A DNA stretch of 64,000 nt from Myxococcota bacterium. GTDB lineage: Bacteria > Myxococcota_A > SURF-8. A program made the position numbers and the translations under genes. Below, one piece after another: positions 54,181 through 63,738 of this stretch (within the stretch, counting starts at the first letter, position 1; the number at the start of each line of letters is the position of its first letter). Where the stretch lies: contig OZ223209.1 in NCBI GenBank assembly GCA_965140415.1, positions 4,576,001 through 4,640,000 on the forward strand. Reading direction: 5' to 3'. The notes below the pieces were generated by a model. That model was not told where the DNA came from. It searched no databases and saw only the letters and a list, made by a program, of their open reading frames with translations.

Positions 54181-54402
54181 ATGCAGGAACAAGATGTTGA
54201 AACGACGCAAACGAACGACGCACCCGCCAAGCCGAAACGGCGCTGGAAGCGGTTTTTAATCGGCGCGGTGATCGGCGCTGGATTGGGACTGGCCTACTAC
54301 AGCTTTATCGGGTGCCAGTCGGGCGGTTGCCCCATTACGTCGAATCCCTATATTTCAACGGCGTACGGCGCGGTATTCGGCTCGCTGATCGCGGGAACAT
54401 GA
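54181..54402 (+). CDS. DUF6132-like small membrane protein
   Basis: YYSFIGCQSGGCPITSNPYISTAYGAVFG. Confidence 0.8.
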   Translation: MQEQDVETTQTNDAPAKPKRRWKRFLIGAVIGAGLGLAYYSFIGCQSGGCPITSNPYISTAYGAVFGSLIAGT

Positions 54403-54424
54403 CAGTAACCTCAGGAGTGTAACG

Positions 54425-55627
54425 ATGACTCTGGAATTAATGGGCGTATTTACGGCGGGACTATTGACCTTTGTGACCCCCTGCGTCTTGCCGCTGATCC
54501 CGATCTATTTGTCCGCCTTGGTTGGAGCTGATATCTCCAAAGCCGGTTCGGTCGGACGCGGCCAGCTATTGATACGCGCCCTGTTCTTTTCCACCGGATT
54601 CGTGGCCGTCTTTACACTTTTAGGATTGACCGCCTCCACTCTGGGTGCGTTCTTAACTGAGCACAAAGCCATCGTTTCCGGTGTGGGAGCGCTTTTGATT
54701 CTGGTCTTCGGCTTGAAATTCCTGGGTCTGATCCGCATTCCCTTATTCGACCGCATCGTGCGCGGCGACGACACTAAACTACAAACGCGCTTCGGCTCGA
54801 TCAACGCCCTGGTGATGGGCGTGGTGTTTGCGGCGGGCTGGAGCCCCTGCGTCGGTCCGGTATTGGGTTCGGTGCTGACTTACACCGCCAGCACCACTTC
54901 CGATCCGCTTACGGGCGCCGGTTTTTTGGCCGTATACGGGGTAGGCTTTGCGGTGCCATTATTGATCACCGCCATCTTCGCCGAGGCGGGCATCACGTTT
55001 TTGAGACGCATCAATCCTCATCTGCCCAAGATCGAGCGCGCCATTGGAATTCTGCTGGTCTTCGTTTCGCTGTCATTATTGATGGACTTGTGGGGCGAGG
55101 TAAATGCACCGGTCGATACGGCCCAGGCGCAGACCGCTAACGAGCAACTGGTGCTGGATGAACAGGGCGAACTCTGGCCGGTGATGGTGGAATTCTACTC
55201 GAAGGACTGCACGATCTGCCAGCGCATGAAACCGGTAGTCGACGGCATCATCAACCAGTGCGACGGCAACCAGGTGCTCGTCAAGCAGATTGACATTTCC
55301 GATCCGGAAAACCGGCACTTCGCCAAACGTTATCGGCTGGTGGGCGTTCCAACCTTCCTCTTTATCCGCATGGACGGTTCCGAAGCGGCGCGACTGGTAG
55401 GAGAACAGACGGAAAGCTCGTTGAAGCAGGGCTTATCGGCGCTGCGCGGCAAACCCTGTCCGGGACTGGCGGCACTGCCCTTTGAAACGAATGAGCTTAC
55501 CGGCGAGACGAGCTATTCCTTCCCGGAACAGCAAGAAAATGCTGGTAACTGCGAGGCGGATTCCGCACATGATTCGACGCATCTGGCCAAAGGTGAACAA
55601 GCGGCAGGCGGAAGCTGTGAGAACTAA
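54425..55627 (+). CDS. CcdA/DsbD-TM domain fused to a thioredoxin domain
   Basis: TPCVLPLIP, WSPCVGPVLG; C-terminal EFYSKDCTICQRMKP...GVPTF. Confidence 0.9.
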   Translation: MTLELMGVFTAGLLTFVTPCVLPLIPIYLSALVGADISKAGSVGRGQLLIRALFFSTGFVAVFTLLGLTASTLGAFLTEHKAIVSGVGALLILVFGLKFLGLIRIPLFDRIVRGDDTKLQTRFGSINALVMGVVFAAGWSPCVGPVLGSVLTYTASTTSDPLTGAGFLAVYGVGFAVPLLITAIFAEAGITFLRRINPHLPKIERAIGILLVFVSLSLLMDLWGEVNAPVDTAQAQTANEQLVLDEQGELWPVMVEFYSKDCTICQRMKPVVDGIINQCDGNQVLVKQIDISDPENRHFAKRYRLVGVPTFLFIRMDGSEAARLVGEQTESSLKQGLSALRGKPCPGLAALPFETNELTGETSYSFPEQQENAGNCEADSAHDSTHLAKGEQAAGGSCEN

Positions 55628-55631
55628 GCTG

Positions 55632-55731
55632 GTAGGCATTTGATGGGCAAGGCAATTGCCCATCCTACTTGTTTTACATTATCCTCATTCGTATAACTTG
55701 GTAGGTCGGACAGATTTTCTGTCCGACCTAC
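55632..55731. repeat. Pair of GTAG-type REP-like palindromes
   Basis: GATGGGCAA-GGCAA-TTGCCCATCCTAC (ending 55668) and perfect GTAGGTCGGACAGA-TTT-TCTGTCCGACCTAC (55701-55731). Confidence 0.75.
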
Positions 55732-56077
55732 GAAACTGGGTATCCTCTTTGCGGTTACCGGCGCATTCTGCCTGCTCAACTGGCTACTTCATGCCAACCG
55801 CAATCTTCGACAGGTTGCCGGATCTTAAATGACAGTACAACTGGGGGCGCGGTTTCTCGGCATTTAAAGAATGGCGGGAAACCCTGTCGTTTTTATGATA
55901 GACTTTTCTCTTGAATCATCCAATTAGCGGTGTCGGATGGGAATTTGTGATTCCCATAGTTGATCAATATGCTTTGATGGGTAAAACAATTGCCCATTGC
56001 ATTGGGCTATGGAACAGGTGTGAAATTATTTCATACGATAGACGATAGAGGCAGCCTGAAAAGGAAGGGAATTGATT

Positions 56078-57358
56078 ATGGATGCTCTGCAACGATTCAG
56101 TTTGGGATTTAGTCGTTTTTTTAAAACGGAAGCAGCATCCGGAATCCTGTTGGCTCTGGCGGCCTTGGTCTCTCTGATCCTGGCGAATTCCTCTTTTGCC
56201 GAGAGCTTTCGTGCCGTATGGGAAACCCATTTGACCATTGGTCTGGGTTCTTTTGTACTGGATTATCCACTGTGGTATTGGATCAACGATGCACTGATGG
56301 CGATTTTCTTCTTTGTGGTAGGTCTGGAAATCAAGCGTGAACTCGTCCACGGAGAACTCAACGAACCTCGCAAAGTAGTGTTGCCGCTGGTAGCCGCCGT
56401 TGGCGGCGCGATGATCCCGGCGCTGATCTACCTGGGTCTGAATCCGATGGGCGAGGCCGGTCGCAGCGGCTGGGCGGTTCCCATGGCCACCGACATCGCC
56501 TTTGTCGTGGGCGTTCTCGCCCTGATGGGAAAGCGCATCCCTTCCGGCTTGCGCGTGTTTCTTCTCTCTCTGGCCATCGCGGATGATCTCATCGCGGTGC
56601 TGATCATCGCCTTGTTTTACACCGGCGATCTCAACCTGCTGGCGCTTGGGCTTTCTATCGGAGGACTGATACTGGTCGCCGTTATGAATCGTTTGGGCGT
56701 TCGAAGCATCGGCGTATACATCCTCGCCGGTTCGTTAGTCTGGCTGGCATTTCTAAAGAGCGGCGTTCATCCCACGGTAGCCGGAGTGGCCCTGGGCTTA
56801 CTGACTCCCGCAAAGTCGCTGTATGGTCCCCACACCTTGCAAGGCACGCTTCATCAGTTTCTGGAGCGCCTGAAGCGGACCGACTCGACGGCTACCGGCG
56901 TTGACAAGCGAGAGGCCGAGGAAATTCTTCGCGAAAGCAGCTCGCCGCTGCACCGGATCGAACATGCCCTGCATCCCTTTGTGGCTTTCGGAATCATGCC
57001 GCTTTTCGCACTGGTCAACGCGGGGGTACCGCTGAGTCCTGAAAGTATGGGACATTCGGTGGCGGTCGCCGTCGCTCTCGGACTGGTTTTGGGTAAGCCC
57101 GCAGGTATAGCTCTTTTCGCGTTTGTAGCCGTAAAGCTCGGATTAGCTGCGCTACCCAACCGAGTGCGCTGGTTGCACGTACTCGGCGGCGGCGCACTCA
57201 GTGGAATCGGATTTACGATGGCTTTGTTCATTGCCAATCTGGGTTTGCAGGATAGTCTGCTCGAAGCCGCCAAGGCCGGCATCGTGCTGGCTTCGGCTAT
57301 CAGCGCAAGCGTCGGCGTCGCCCTGCTGCTGGTCGCCACCAGAAAAGAAGCTGCATAA
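56078..57358 (+). CDS. nhaA: Na+/H+ antiporter NhaA
   Basis: WINDALMAIFFFVVGLEIKRE, GWAVPMATDIAF, LAIADD, SGVHPT, GIGFTMALFI. Confidence 0.95.
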   Translation: MDALQRFSLGFSRFFKTEAASGILLALAALVSLILANSSFAESFRAVWETHLTIGLGSFVLDYPLWYWINDALMAIFFFVVGLEIKRELVHGELNEPRKVVLPLVAAVGGAMIPALIYLGLNPMGEAGRSGWAVPMATDIAFVVGVLALMGKRIPSGLRVFLLSLAIADDLIAVLIIALFYTGDLNLLALGLSIGGLILVAVMNRLGVRSIGVYILAGSLVWLAFLKSGVHPTVAGVALGLLTPAKSLYGPHTLQGTLHQFLERLKRTDSTATGVDKREAEEILRESSSPLHRIEHALHPFVAFGIMPLFALVNAGVPLSPESMGHSVAVAVALGLVLGKPAGIALFAFVAVKLGLAALPNRVRWLHVLGGGALSGIGFTMALFIANLGLQDSLLEAAKAGIVLASAISASVGVALLLVATRKEAA

Positions 57359-57469
57359 GCTTGGTGATTCTTGTGACAGTTCTCAGCCCTGCGATTATCG
57401 TTGTAGCGGGTCGGGTGATTTTCTGCTAAAATAACCTCATTCATGTAAAATTGGAAGCTTAGGTGAGTA

Positions 57470-58411
57470 ATGCAAGAAATAACAAAAGTTACTAGACGTT
57501 ACCTGTTTGAAGCGTTGAACAATAGTATGATAGAGAACAAACACAAAGGTGATAGTGTGTGGTATTGGGCTGGACGACTTGAAGAATCTGAGTTTTTAGC
57601 TCGCTTATACAATATTGAAGAAATGCCGTCCACTGATCCCCGTTTTAAAAATGCCGAGGGTGATATCTGGCAACATCGTGTTAATAATCCTTTTGATTGG
57701 CCGGATGACTGGATTTTTAATGACGAGCGATTCAAACTACAGGATGGCCGCGACGAAATCCTGCTTCAATTTCTTTGTGAAATGCTTCATCCAGAAGTAA
57801 TTCAGAATCAGTCTGATGCAACTAAAATTGTCACCCTAATCAATAACCATGTAGGAAATGATGGCTGGGAGTTGTATGAAAAAGAATCAATCTCCATGTG
57901 CCCTGTATGGGGATACCGCCGGACAACAACTGCAAGGAATAACCATCTTCAAGAAGTGAAGCAATCCTTTATCGATCTCAATAGCAACTATCTTCAACAA
58001 CAAATCGATGAGATGCAGAAAGATATCACTGATAATCCTACAGCAGCTATTGGGAATGCCAAAGACTTCATTGAATCAGTATGCAAAGCGATTTTGAATG
58101 AAAAAGGATTTGACGAATTGGAAAAATTAGTTTTCCCCAAACTGGTCAAGAAGACTTTGGAGAAATTGAATTTGGTTCCCGAAAGCGTTTCAGAATATAA
58201 AAAAGGTGCTAAAACCATAAAAATACTTCTGAACAATCTCGTAGCTATCACTGAGGGGTTACGTAAACTACGTAAATATTATGGATCAGGCCACGGGAAA
58301 ACACCATCTTTCAGAGGTCTTCTTCCGCGCCATGCGCGGCTTGCAGTTGGAGTGGCTTCTACCTTTGCTATCTTTGTATATGAAACATACAAGGAACAGG
58401 AGAATCCATGA
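57470..58411 (+). CDS. Abortive-infection family protein (AbiJ N-terminal domain 3 + Abi_C)
   Basis: WAGRLEESEFLARLY...PSTDPRF...QHRVNN...DWPDDW; AAIGNAKDFIESVCK...LRKYYGSGHGK...RHARLAV; AT-rich. Confidence 0.8.
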   Translation: MQEITKVTRRYLFEALNNSMIENKHKGDSVWYWAGRLEESEFLARLYNIEEMPSTDPRFKNAEGDIWQHRVNNPFDWPDDWIFNDERFKLQDGRDEILLQFLCEMLHPEVIQNQSDATKIVTLINNHVGNDGWELYEKESISMCPVWGYRRTTTARNNHLQEVKQSFIDLNSNYLQQQIDEMQKDITDNPTAAIGNAKDFIESVCKAILNEKGFDELEKLVFPKLVKKTLEKLNLVPESVSEYKKGAKTIKILLNNLVAITEGLRKLRKYYGSGHGKTPSFRGLLPRHARLAVGVASTFAIFVYETYKEQENP

Positions 58412-58477
58412 AATTCTGTAATACAACATCATCATTGAGTCGGGTAGGTTGGTTGCTCGTCACCCGATTATTATCCT

Positions 58478-59281
58478 TCACATCAACCGATGCGATTCGG
58501 GGATGAGACGCAGTAGCTGCGCCGGGGGAGGATCGTCCCGGTAGAAAACCTTGACCATTTGCAGGCCCTGCGCGGGAGCGGTGGGTCCGGCGGCGTTGCG
58601 GTCGCAGGCCGATAGCACCATGCGCATGTGTTCGGCGGGCATCTGCCCCAACCCGACCTGCACCAGCGTTCCAACGATGTTGCGGACCATCTGCTTTAAA
58701 TACGCCGTAGCGAAGATCTCGACCAGGATGCGCTCGTCGTGAATGCGGCGGATGTCTAACAGGTAGATGTGGCGCATGGTGTGTTTCGCCGCGCAGCCGG
58801 AAGCCTGAAACGAGGCGAAGTCGTGCTCGCCGATTAAAAACTCCGCCGCCTGCTGCATGGCTTCGATGTCCAGTGGGTTTTTGATGTGCCAGCTACGGTG
58901 CCGCAATAGCGGCGAGGGCATCGGGCGATTCAGAATGGAATACTGATAGATTTTCCCGCGTGCGGCGCGCCGGGCGTCGAAATCGGCTGCGGCTTCTACG
59001 GAAGAGAGAATCGTGATGTCGTCGGGCAGGCGGCTATTGATGGCCGCCGCCATTTTTTCGGAGGGAATCGTGCAGTCGGTATCGAAATGCGCCACCTGGC
59101 CCCGCGCATGTACCCCGGCATCGGTGCGGCCCGCCGCGAACACGCGCAGGCGCTCTCCCGTGACCGCTTCGATCGCCCGTTCGATTTGATCCTGAATGGT
59201 CTGCTCGCCGTTGGCCTGTACCTGCCAGCCGGAATAGGCGGTGCCGTCGTATTCGATAACCACGCGGATTCTGCGGCTCAC
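58478..59281 (-). CDS. truA: tRNA pseudouridine(38-40) synthase
   Basis: EYDGTAYSGWQ, AGRTDAGVHARGQV, GEHDFASF, MVRNIVGTL, TAPAQGL. Confidence 0.97.
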   Translation of the reverse strand: MSRRIRVVIEYDGTAYSGWQVQANGEQTIQDQIERAIEAVTGERLRVFAAGRTDAGVHARGQVAHFDTDCTIPSEKMAAAINSRLPDDITILSSVEAAADFDARRAARGKIYQYSILNRPMPSPLLRHRSWHIKNPLDIEAMQQAAEFLIGEHDFASFQASGCAAKHTMRHIYLLDIRRIHDERILVEIFATAYLKQMVRNIVGTLVQVGLGQMPAEHMRMVLSACDRNAAGPTAPAQGLQMVKVFYRDDPPPAQLLRLIPESHRLM

Positions 59282-59311
59282 GTGCTCCCTCCTTATGATA
59301 AGAGGATCGGC

Positions 59312-60331
59312 CTAGAATTCGAACAGCAACCCCACCATGAAATGATGATCGGACAGATCGAACGACGATCCCGACCAGAAATCGTTGATCATGGCGTAGT
59401 TACCTTCCACGTACAGATACGTATTGTTCACGCCGACATCCTGATCGAATTCCGTGGCGACGCTTGGATCGATGAAGTCCAGACAGATCTGCAAGCCGTA
59501 GGAAACGTGCATGCCGAAGGTGCCGCCGTAGCCCTTGTGCTTGTCGCCGCTGGTGCTGTCGGTGTAGCTGGCGATATGGTCGTCGTTATCCAGCACGAAC
59601 CAGAGATTGTAGTCGAAACCGAACTTGACGTAAGGAGCCAGAGGAACCTGATATCGTTCCCAAAGATAGGTAAAGCGATACACCGCCGAGAGTTTCAGCG
59701 GAACCATGTACATGGTGGTGCTGTCGTTGGACTGCTCCCCGGTGGTTTCGAACAAGCCCTTGCCTTTGGTGCGGAAATATCCGACTGCCGGTTCGATACC
59801 GAAGGTGCCGACGCCCTGGTAGATCAGATATTCGAAACCGAGTTGGAAGGTGAATTCCATATCGTCGCCGAAAATATCCGCAGCGGGAGAGGCATTGCTG
59901 AATTCGTCGTCGATGTGACGCAGCTTGTACCCGCCGAAAGCGATATGCGCGGTCCAGCTTCTGGGAGATTCGCTGGTATTGCGCCAGTCTTCGGTGGCAA
60001 GCTTCATTTCCACGTCTTCCTGCTCCGCTCGCAATTCCTCCGAGGTGCGCTCTTCTTCTGCCGGAGGCTCTTCTTCAATCGCCTGCTCATACGCGGCTTC
60101 ATCCTGCCCCGCTTCAACGGCCTGGCCGGAATCCTGCGCCTCTTGCACGTCACCCGTTTCAACCAGCTCGGGTTCCTGTTCGCTTTCCTGAATTTCAGAA
60201 CCGATCAGGTCGGAGTCGTCTTCTTGTAACAGGGTATCGTCTTCCGCTTGTTCCTGCGCCCAGAGCATGGACTGCATACCAAACAGAACCAGAACAAGCG
60301 CCAACAAGCATAGCCAGCTTCGTTTCATCAT
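59312..60331 (-). CDS. Outer-membrane beta-barrel (MXAN_2562-like)
   Basis: Signal peptide; acidic linker; VPLKLSAVYRF, VPLAPYVKFG, LDFIDP...FDQDVGVNNTY, terminal LLFEF. Confidence 0.7.
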   Translation of the reverse strand: MMKRSWLCLLALVLVLFGMQSMLWAQEQAEDDTLLQEDDSDLIGSEIQESEQEPELVETGDVQEAQDSGQAVEAGQDEAAYEQAIEEEPPAEEERTSEELRAEQEDVEMKLATEDWRNTSESPRSWTAHIAFGGYKLRHIDDEFSNASPAADIFGDDMEFTFQLGFEYLIYQGVGTFGIEPAVGYFRTKGKGLFETTGEQSNDSTTMYMVPLKLSAVYRFTYLWERYQVPLAPYVKFGFDYNLWFVLDNDDHIASYTDSTSGDKHKGYGGTFGMHVSYGLQICLDFIDPSVATEFDQDVGVNNTYLYVEGNYAMINDFWSGSSFDLSDHHFMVGLLFEF

Positions 60332-61902
60332 TGCCGCACCTCCTTTCGGGAACCGCGCCGAACGAAGAGGTACAACCCCATCAAGAACATCAGTCCGCAG
60401 AACAGACAGATAAGCTGGGAGGTAGGATTAAGCAGATAGGCAAACGACAAGCCCATGACGACCGGATACAGCGCGCCGCGCACGACTTGAGCCGCAGCCG
60501 GTGATTCGGCCACGATTTTCGCCAGCGGTGGGCTGTAGTGGTAGTACAGGGAAATGAATTGGCGTCCCATGGAGAACTTCTTCAGCACGCCATCTCTGAA
60601 CTGGCGCAGCAGCATCACTTCATCTTCCGAATACGAACCGTAGGCCGCCGTGGCGATAAAGCAGAAACCACCCTTTTCCTTGCCGCCGCTTTCCTGGTAA
60701 TCCTCCCAGAAATCGGCCACTTCCAGCGGAATGCCGGTGATCGGATCGGACCAGTACTGGCTGATATTGCCGGCGTAGTCGATAGCGCGCGCCCGGATTT
60801 CGTATTCGACGTTGTTTTCCAACCCGGTGATGGTGTAGGAGGTATTGTCTTTTGCTTCCGTACCATCCGGAACCGGATCGATGCAGCCTTCCAGCTCTTC
60901 CACGCTGGTATCGTCGCCGTCGGTCGTGGTGTCGCCGTCGGTCGTGGTGTCGCCGTCAGTTGTGGTGTCGCCATCAGTCGTGGTATCGCCATCGGTTGTG
61001 GTATCGCCATCGGTTGTGGTGTCACCATCGATGATGGTATCGCCATCAGCGATGTCGCCATCCGTAACGAGATCACCATCGGTAACCAGATCACCATCGG
61101 CTGAATTCGTATCCCCATCGGCAACCGTGTCGCCATCCACAGGAGTTTCATTGGCATCCATATCGCCGTCTTCGGTGATTTCGCTTTCCGCTTCCGAGTC
61201 GTCATCGCCGTCGGTGGCGCGCAATCCCGCTGACAACAGCGACGTGTCCGATACATCCGACAATTTGCGTACGCAGAATTGAATGCGAACCGCTTCTTCC
61301 GCTTCGCCGCTGTTTTCGGAAACGATTTCCTCCCAGGAAACTTCCAGGCTGCCCTCGCCCGGCACCGGATCTTCAAGCAATACCACGGTATCGGGCGGAT
61401 CTTTGTCGACACGAATCGTCAAGGTCTGGGAATCACTACCGTTTACGGTGGTATCCGTGTCGGTATCGGTGTCGGTGTCGTAGTCGCCATCCGTGGTAGT
61501 GGTTGTATCTTCCTCGGACCAGACGACCTTGACCTCTACCGTGTAGTTGTATTGCAGATTCGAGGAATCCGTGCTGGAATCCGTACGAATCTGATTGGTG
61601 GTAAAGGCCACCGTGGCGGTGGTGCCGGAAAACTCGCCGCTATCGAAGGCCGTGCTGTTGGTCGAGGAATCGTAGTATAATTCCCATTTATCCACCGTCG
61701 TGCCGGAATCCTTTGTGTAACGCATTTTCAGCGTCACCACGGAACTTTCCGCACCGACGTAGATTTTGGTCAGATCCTCGACCTCCTCGCCGTCTACCAG
61801 CACTTCATACACATCGATTGTGGCATCCGCAAAAGCCGTAACCGGTATCAACGTCAACAGGACAACCAGCCAAAGCGACAGGCGCGTACCTGGTCCAAAC
61901 AT
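60328..61902 (-). CDS. Secreted FN3-domain protein with DGD repeats and CFI-box-CTERM C-terminus
   Basis: PGEGSLEVSW...SYTITGLENNVEYEIRARAIDYAGN (FN3); GGFCFIATAAYGS...LRQFRD...YYHYSPPLA followed by TM helix and basic tail. Confidence 0.85.
   Translation of the reverse strand: MFGPGTRLSLWLVVLLTLIPVTAFADATIDVYEVLVDGEEVEDLTKIYVGAESSVVTLKMRYTKDSGTTVDKWELYYDSSTNSTAFDSGEFSGTTATVAFTTNQIRTDSSTDSSNLQYNYTVEVKVVWSEEDTTTTTDGDYDTDTDTDTDTTVNGSDSQTLTIRVDKDPPDTVVLLEDPVPGEGSLEVSWEEIVSENSGEAEEAVRIQFCVRKLSDVSDTSLLSAGLRATDGDDDSEAESEITEDGDMDANETPVDGDTVADGDTNSADGDLVTDGDLVTDGDIADGDTIIDGDTTTDGDTTTDGDTTTDGDTTTDGDTTTDGDTTTDGDDTSVEELEGCIDPVPDGTEAKDNTSYTITGLENNVEYEIRARAIDYAGNISQYWSDPITGIPLEVADFWEDYQESGGKEKGGFCFIATAAYGSYSEDEVMLLRQFRDGVLKKFSMGRQFISLYYHYSPPLAKIVAESPAAAQVVRGALYPVVMGLSFAYLLNPTSQLICLFCGLMFLMGLYLFVRRGSRKEVRQ
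60913..61137 (-). repeat. Coding tandem repeat, mostly 18 bp (six DGDTTT among 13 DGD units)
   Basis: Read directly from the sequence. Confidence 0.9.
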
Positions 61903-61943
61903 GAATCACCTCCTGATGAAAAACCTCACCACAGGCATACACT

Positions 61944-61959
61944 AGCAAGGAGAATGCCA
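61944..61959 (-). promoter_or_regulatory. Sigma54 -24/-12 promoter
   Basis: TGGCATTCTCCTTGCT on the minus strand (GG-N10-GC), about 40 nt upstream of ATG 61902. Confidence 0.75.
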
Positions 61960-62079
61960 GGACGCAACCAAATTGCATTTTCATTTTAATGATTTGAAAT
62001 TACAGGAGTATTTAGGCGACCTGACTAGCTGAGACTTTCCTGTTGCTCCAGACGAACCGGATTGGGCAATTCAAATCGA

Positions 62080-62130
62080 GACAGTTTGTCATTTTTCCAT
62101 AAATCCCAATAAATCTGTGACATTTTGTCA
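62080..62130. promoter_or_regulatory. Twin GACA-N3-TGTC palindromes, candidate enhancer sites
   Basis: GACAGTTTGTC (62080-62090) and GACATTTTGTC (62119-62129), about 120-170 bp upstream of the sigma54 box. Confidence 0.5.
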
Positions 62131-62507
62131 GTTCTCCTGCTCAGTTTTCGTGGTGATTCGGTTCGCTATGTGTTTTTCCGTGTACGAAACAGGCGTCATT
62201 CTGGATATCAACTAGGGATCTCTTTGAAATTACATGAGATTATCCTGTTCGACTTCAGAATGACACTCCCCTTGGACCGCCAGAAGCAATTGGCAATCCG
62301 CCTCGATGTGTATTCGAGATTCAAAGAGTGAAAAGAGGAAATCTTTAAAAAGGATTGTATTTGTGTTTTCATGATTGTAAAATAATGGAACCAATCGTGA
62401 ATTCAGGTAGTTGTGTGCATGTGAACATGGATTGGCAACACCGTGACGATTGCCGACATGACAGAAAATGGCACGTTACATGTAAAATTGCGAACGAAGG
62501 GGGTCGC

Positions 62508-62909
62508 ATGATTCGCCGCCTGCTAAATCGCCTGATCCGGACGATCCTTCCCGAAGCCGAGCCGGAAGAGGAAACCCGCGTGCGCAATGTCGTGTACCTC
62601 TTCAGCCAGCAGGACATGCAGGTAGAGGATATCGCCGAAGAGGCAGGAGAACTTATCCAAACGGGTCAGGCAGAGCTTGCCTATCAGCGTTATCCCGTGC
62701 GCAAGGTGTTATATGTGGCGCTGTTATTGGCCCTACAGAAATCGCAGGATCTGGCAGACGATCAAAAACAGGCCGCAGTTCGATCCATCGCCGAAAGTCG
62801 CGATCCCGTGCTTGGCAAAAAACTGCTCCTTTTTTTGATGAAACACACAGACACCGTCATTTCCGCCGAAGCCAATCGAGCCTTGAAAGCATCGCTGAAG
62901 AGTAAATGA
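62508..62909 (+). CDS. Hypothetical helical protein
   Basis: AAGGGGG RBS before MIRRLL; HEAT-like C-terminus. Confidence 0.6.
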   Translation: MIRRLLNRLIRTILPEAEPEEETRVRNVVYLFSQQDMQVEDIAEEAGELIQTGQAELAYQRYPVRKVLYVALLLALQKSQDLADDQKQAAVRSIAESRDPVLGKKLLLFLMKHTDTVISAEANRALKASLKSK

Positions 62910-62985
62910 GTTACAACTCCACAGTGGAACCGACTCCAGCAACTTCCAGTCAGGTAAACGTCACCCGATTTACTCAACTGTCCGG

Positions 62986-63738
62986 CTAATTCTTTTTCCG
63001 TTCTTCCGAATAAAATGGTTCAAGATGAGGTTCCAATTGTTCATTGAAAATCTGACCGGAAAGGTGCATGAGGGTATTAAACAGTTCGCTATCTATATGT
63101 TCCATTTGCATGGAAGCAAGACATGGATACTGCATACAGATAAGTCCAGCTCTTGGAACAATTTCATCCACATGCAAACCGTTCATTTTGGCTACGGCAT
63201 GTACCGTAGAGCCACATGGTGAGTAGCGCACGATTTTAACATCGTTCAGCATTCCGGTTTCGGGATCTACATCAACCTTGAACTTTGGTCGACCGAAATG
63301 CTCTGCAAATTCTGAAATTATTTCACATTCGTACGATTCTGAGCTGTTTCTGTAACCGTATGTGTTTCGAGTTAATGTACAGAAATTTCTGGGATAGACA
63401 CTGCATATGCCCGCTTTTGAAAGTTCTTCTTTAATCTGTCCTTTAAGTCCCAATGACAACCATGTTGAGCTTTCAATCGGTGCAATAACTCCTTTCACAC
63501 CAGCTTGGCGCGCCATCTCGGGAATAAGCTGGGCGCAATCGTCTTTCTCGCTTAAAAAAAGGAGAAGATCGCTTGCCGGAATATTGGGTGGCACGAAATC
63601 TTCGGGTTCATCAATGATTTGTGGAAGATTTTTGCTTAGATGAATAGGGTTTATTTCCCAGTGCTCTGGAGCGTATGTTTGCAAATTATTAACGATACGT
63701 TCTCCATATGGTCCCTGAACAACGACGAGTATTTTCAT
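62986..63738 (-). CDS. DUF166-family protein
   Basis: QGPYGERIVNNL, IIDEPEDF, YPRNFCTL, FGRP, RYSPCGST, YPCLASM; AGGAG RBS. Confidence 0.75.
   Translation of the reverse strand: MKILVVVQGPYGERIVNNLQTYAPEHWEINPIHLSKNLPQIIDEPEDFVPPNIPASDLLLFLSEKDDCAQLIPEMARQAGVKGVIAPIESSTWLSLGLKGQIKEELSKAGICSVYPRNFCTLTRNTYGYRNSSESYECEIISEFAEHFGRPKFKVDVDPETGMLNDVKIVRYSPCGSTVHAVAKMNGLHVDEIVPRAGLICMQYPCLASMQMEHIDSELFNTLMHLSGQIFNEQLEPHLEPFYSEERKKN

Noticed and set aside
62469-62484. Third sigma54 promoter before ORF 62508
   Set aside because: TGGCACGTTACATGTA has a good -24 box, but GT replaces the conserved -12 GC. Not called.
62986-63738. Selenoprotein in the DUF166 gene or thioredoxin operon
   Set aside because: The candidate redox positions are Cys codons and the ORFs contain no in-frame TGA.
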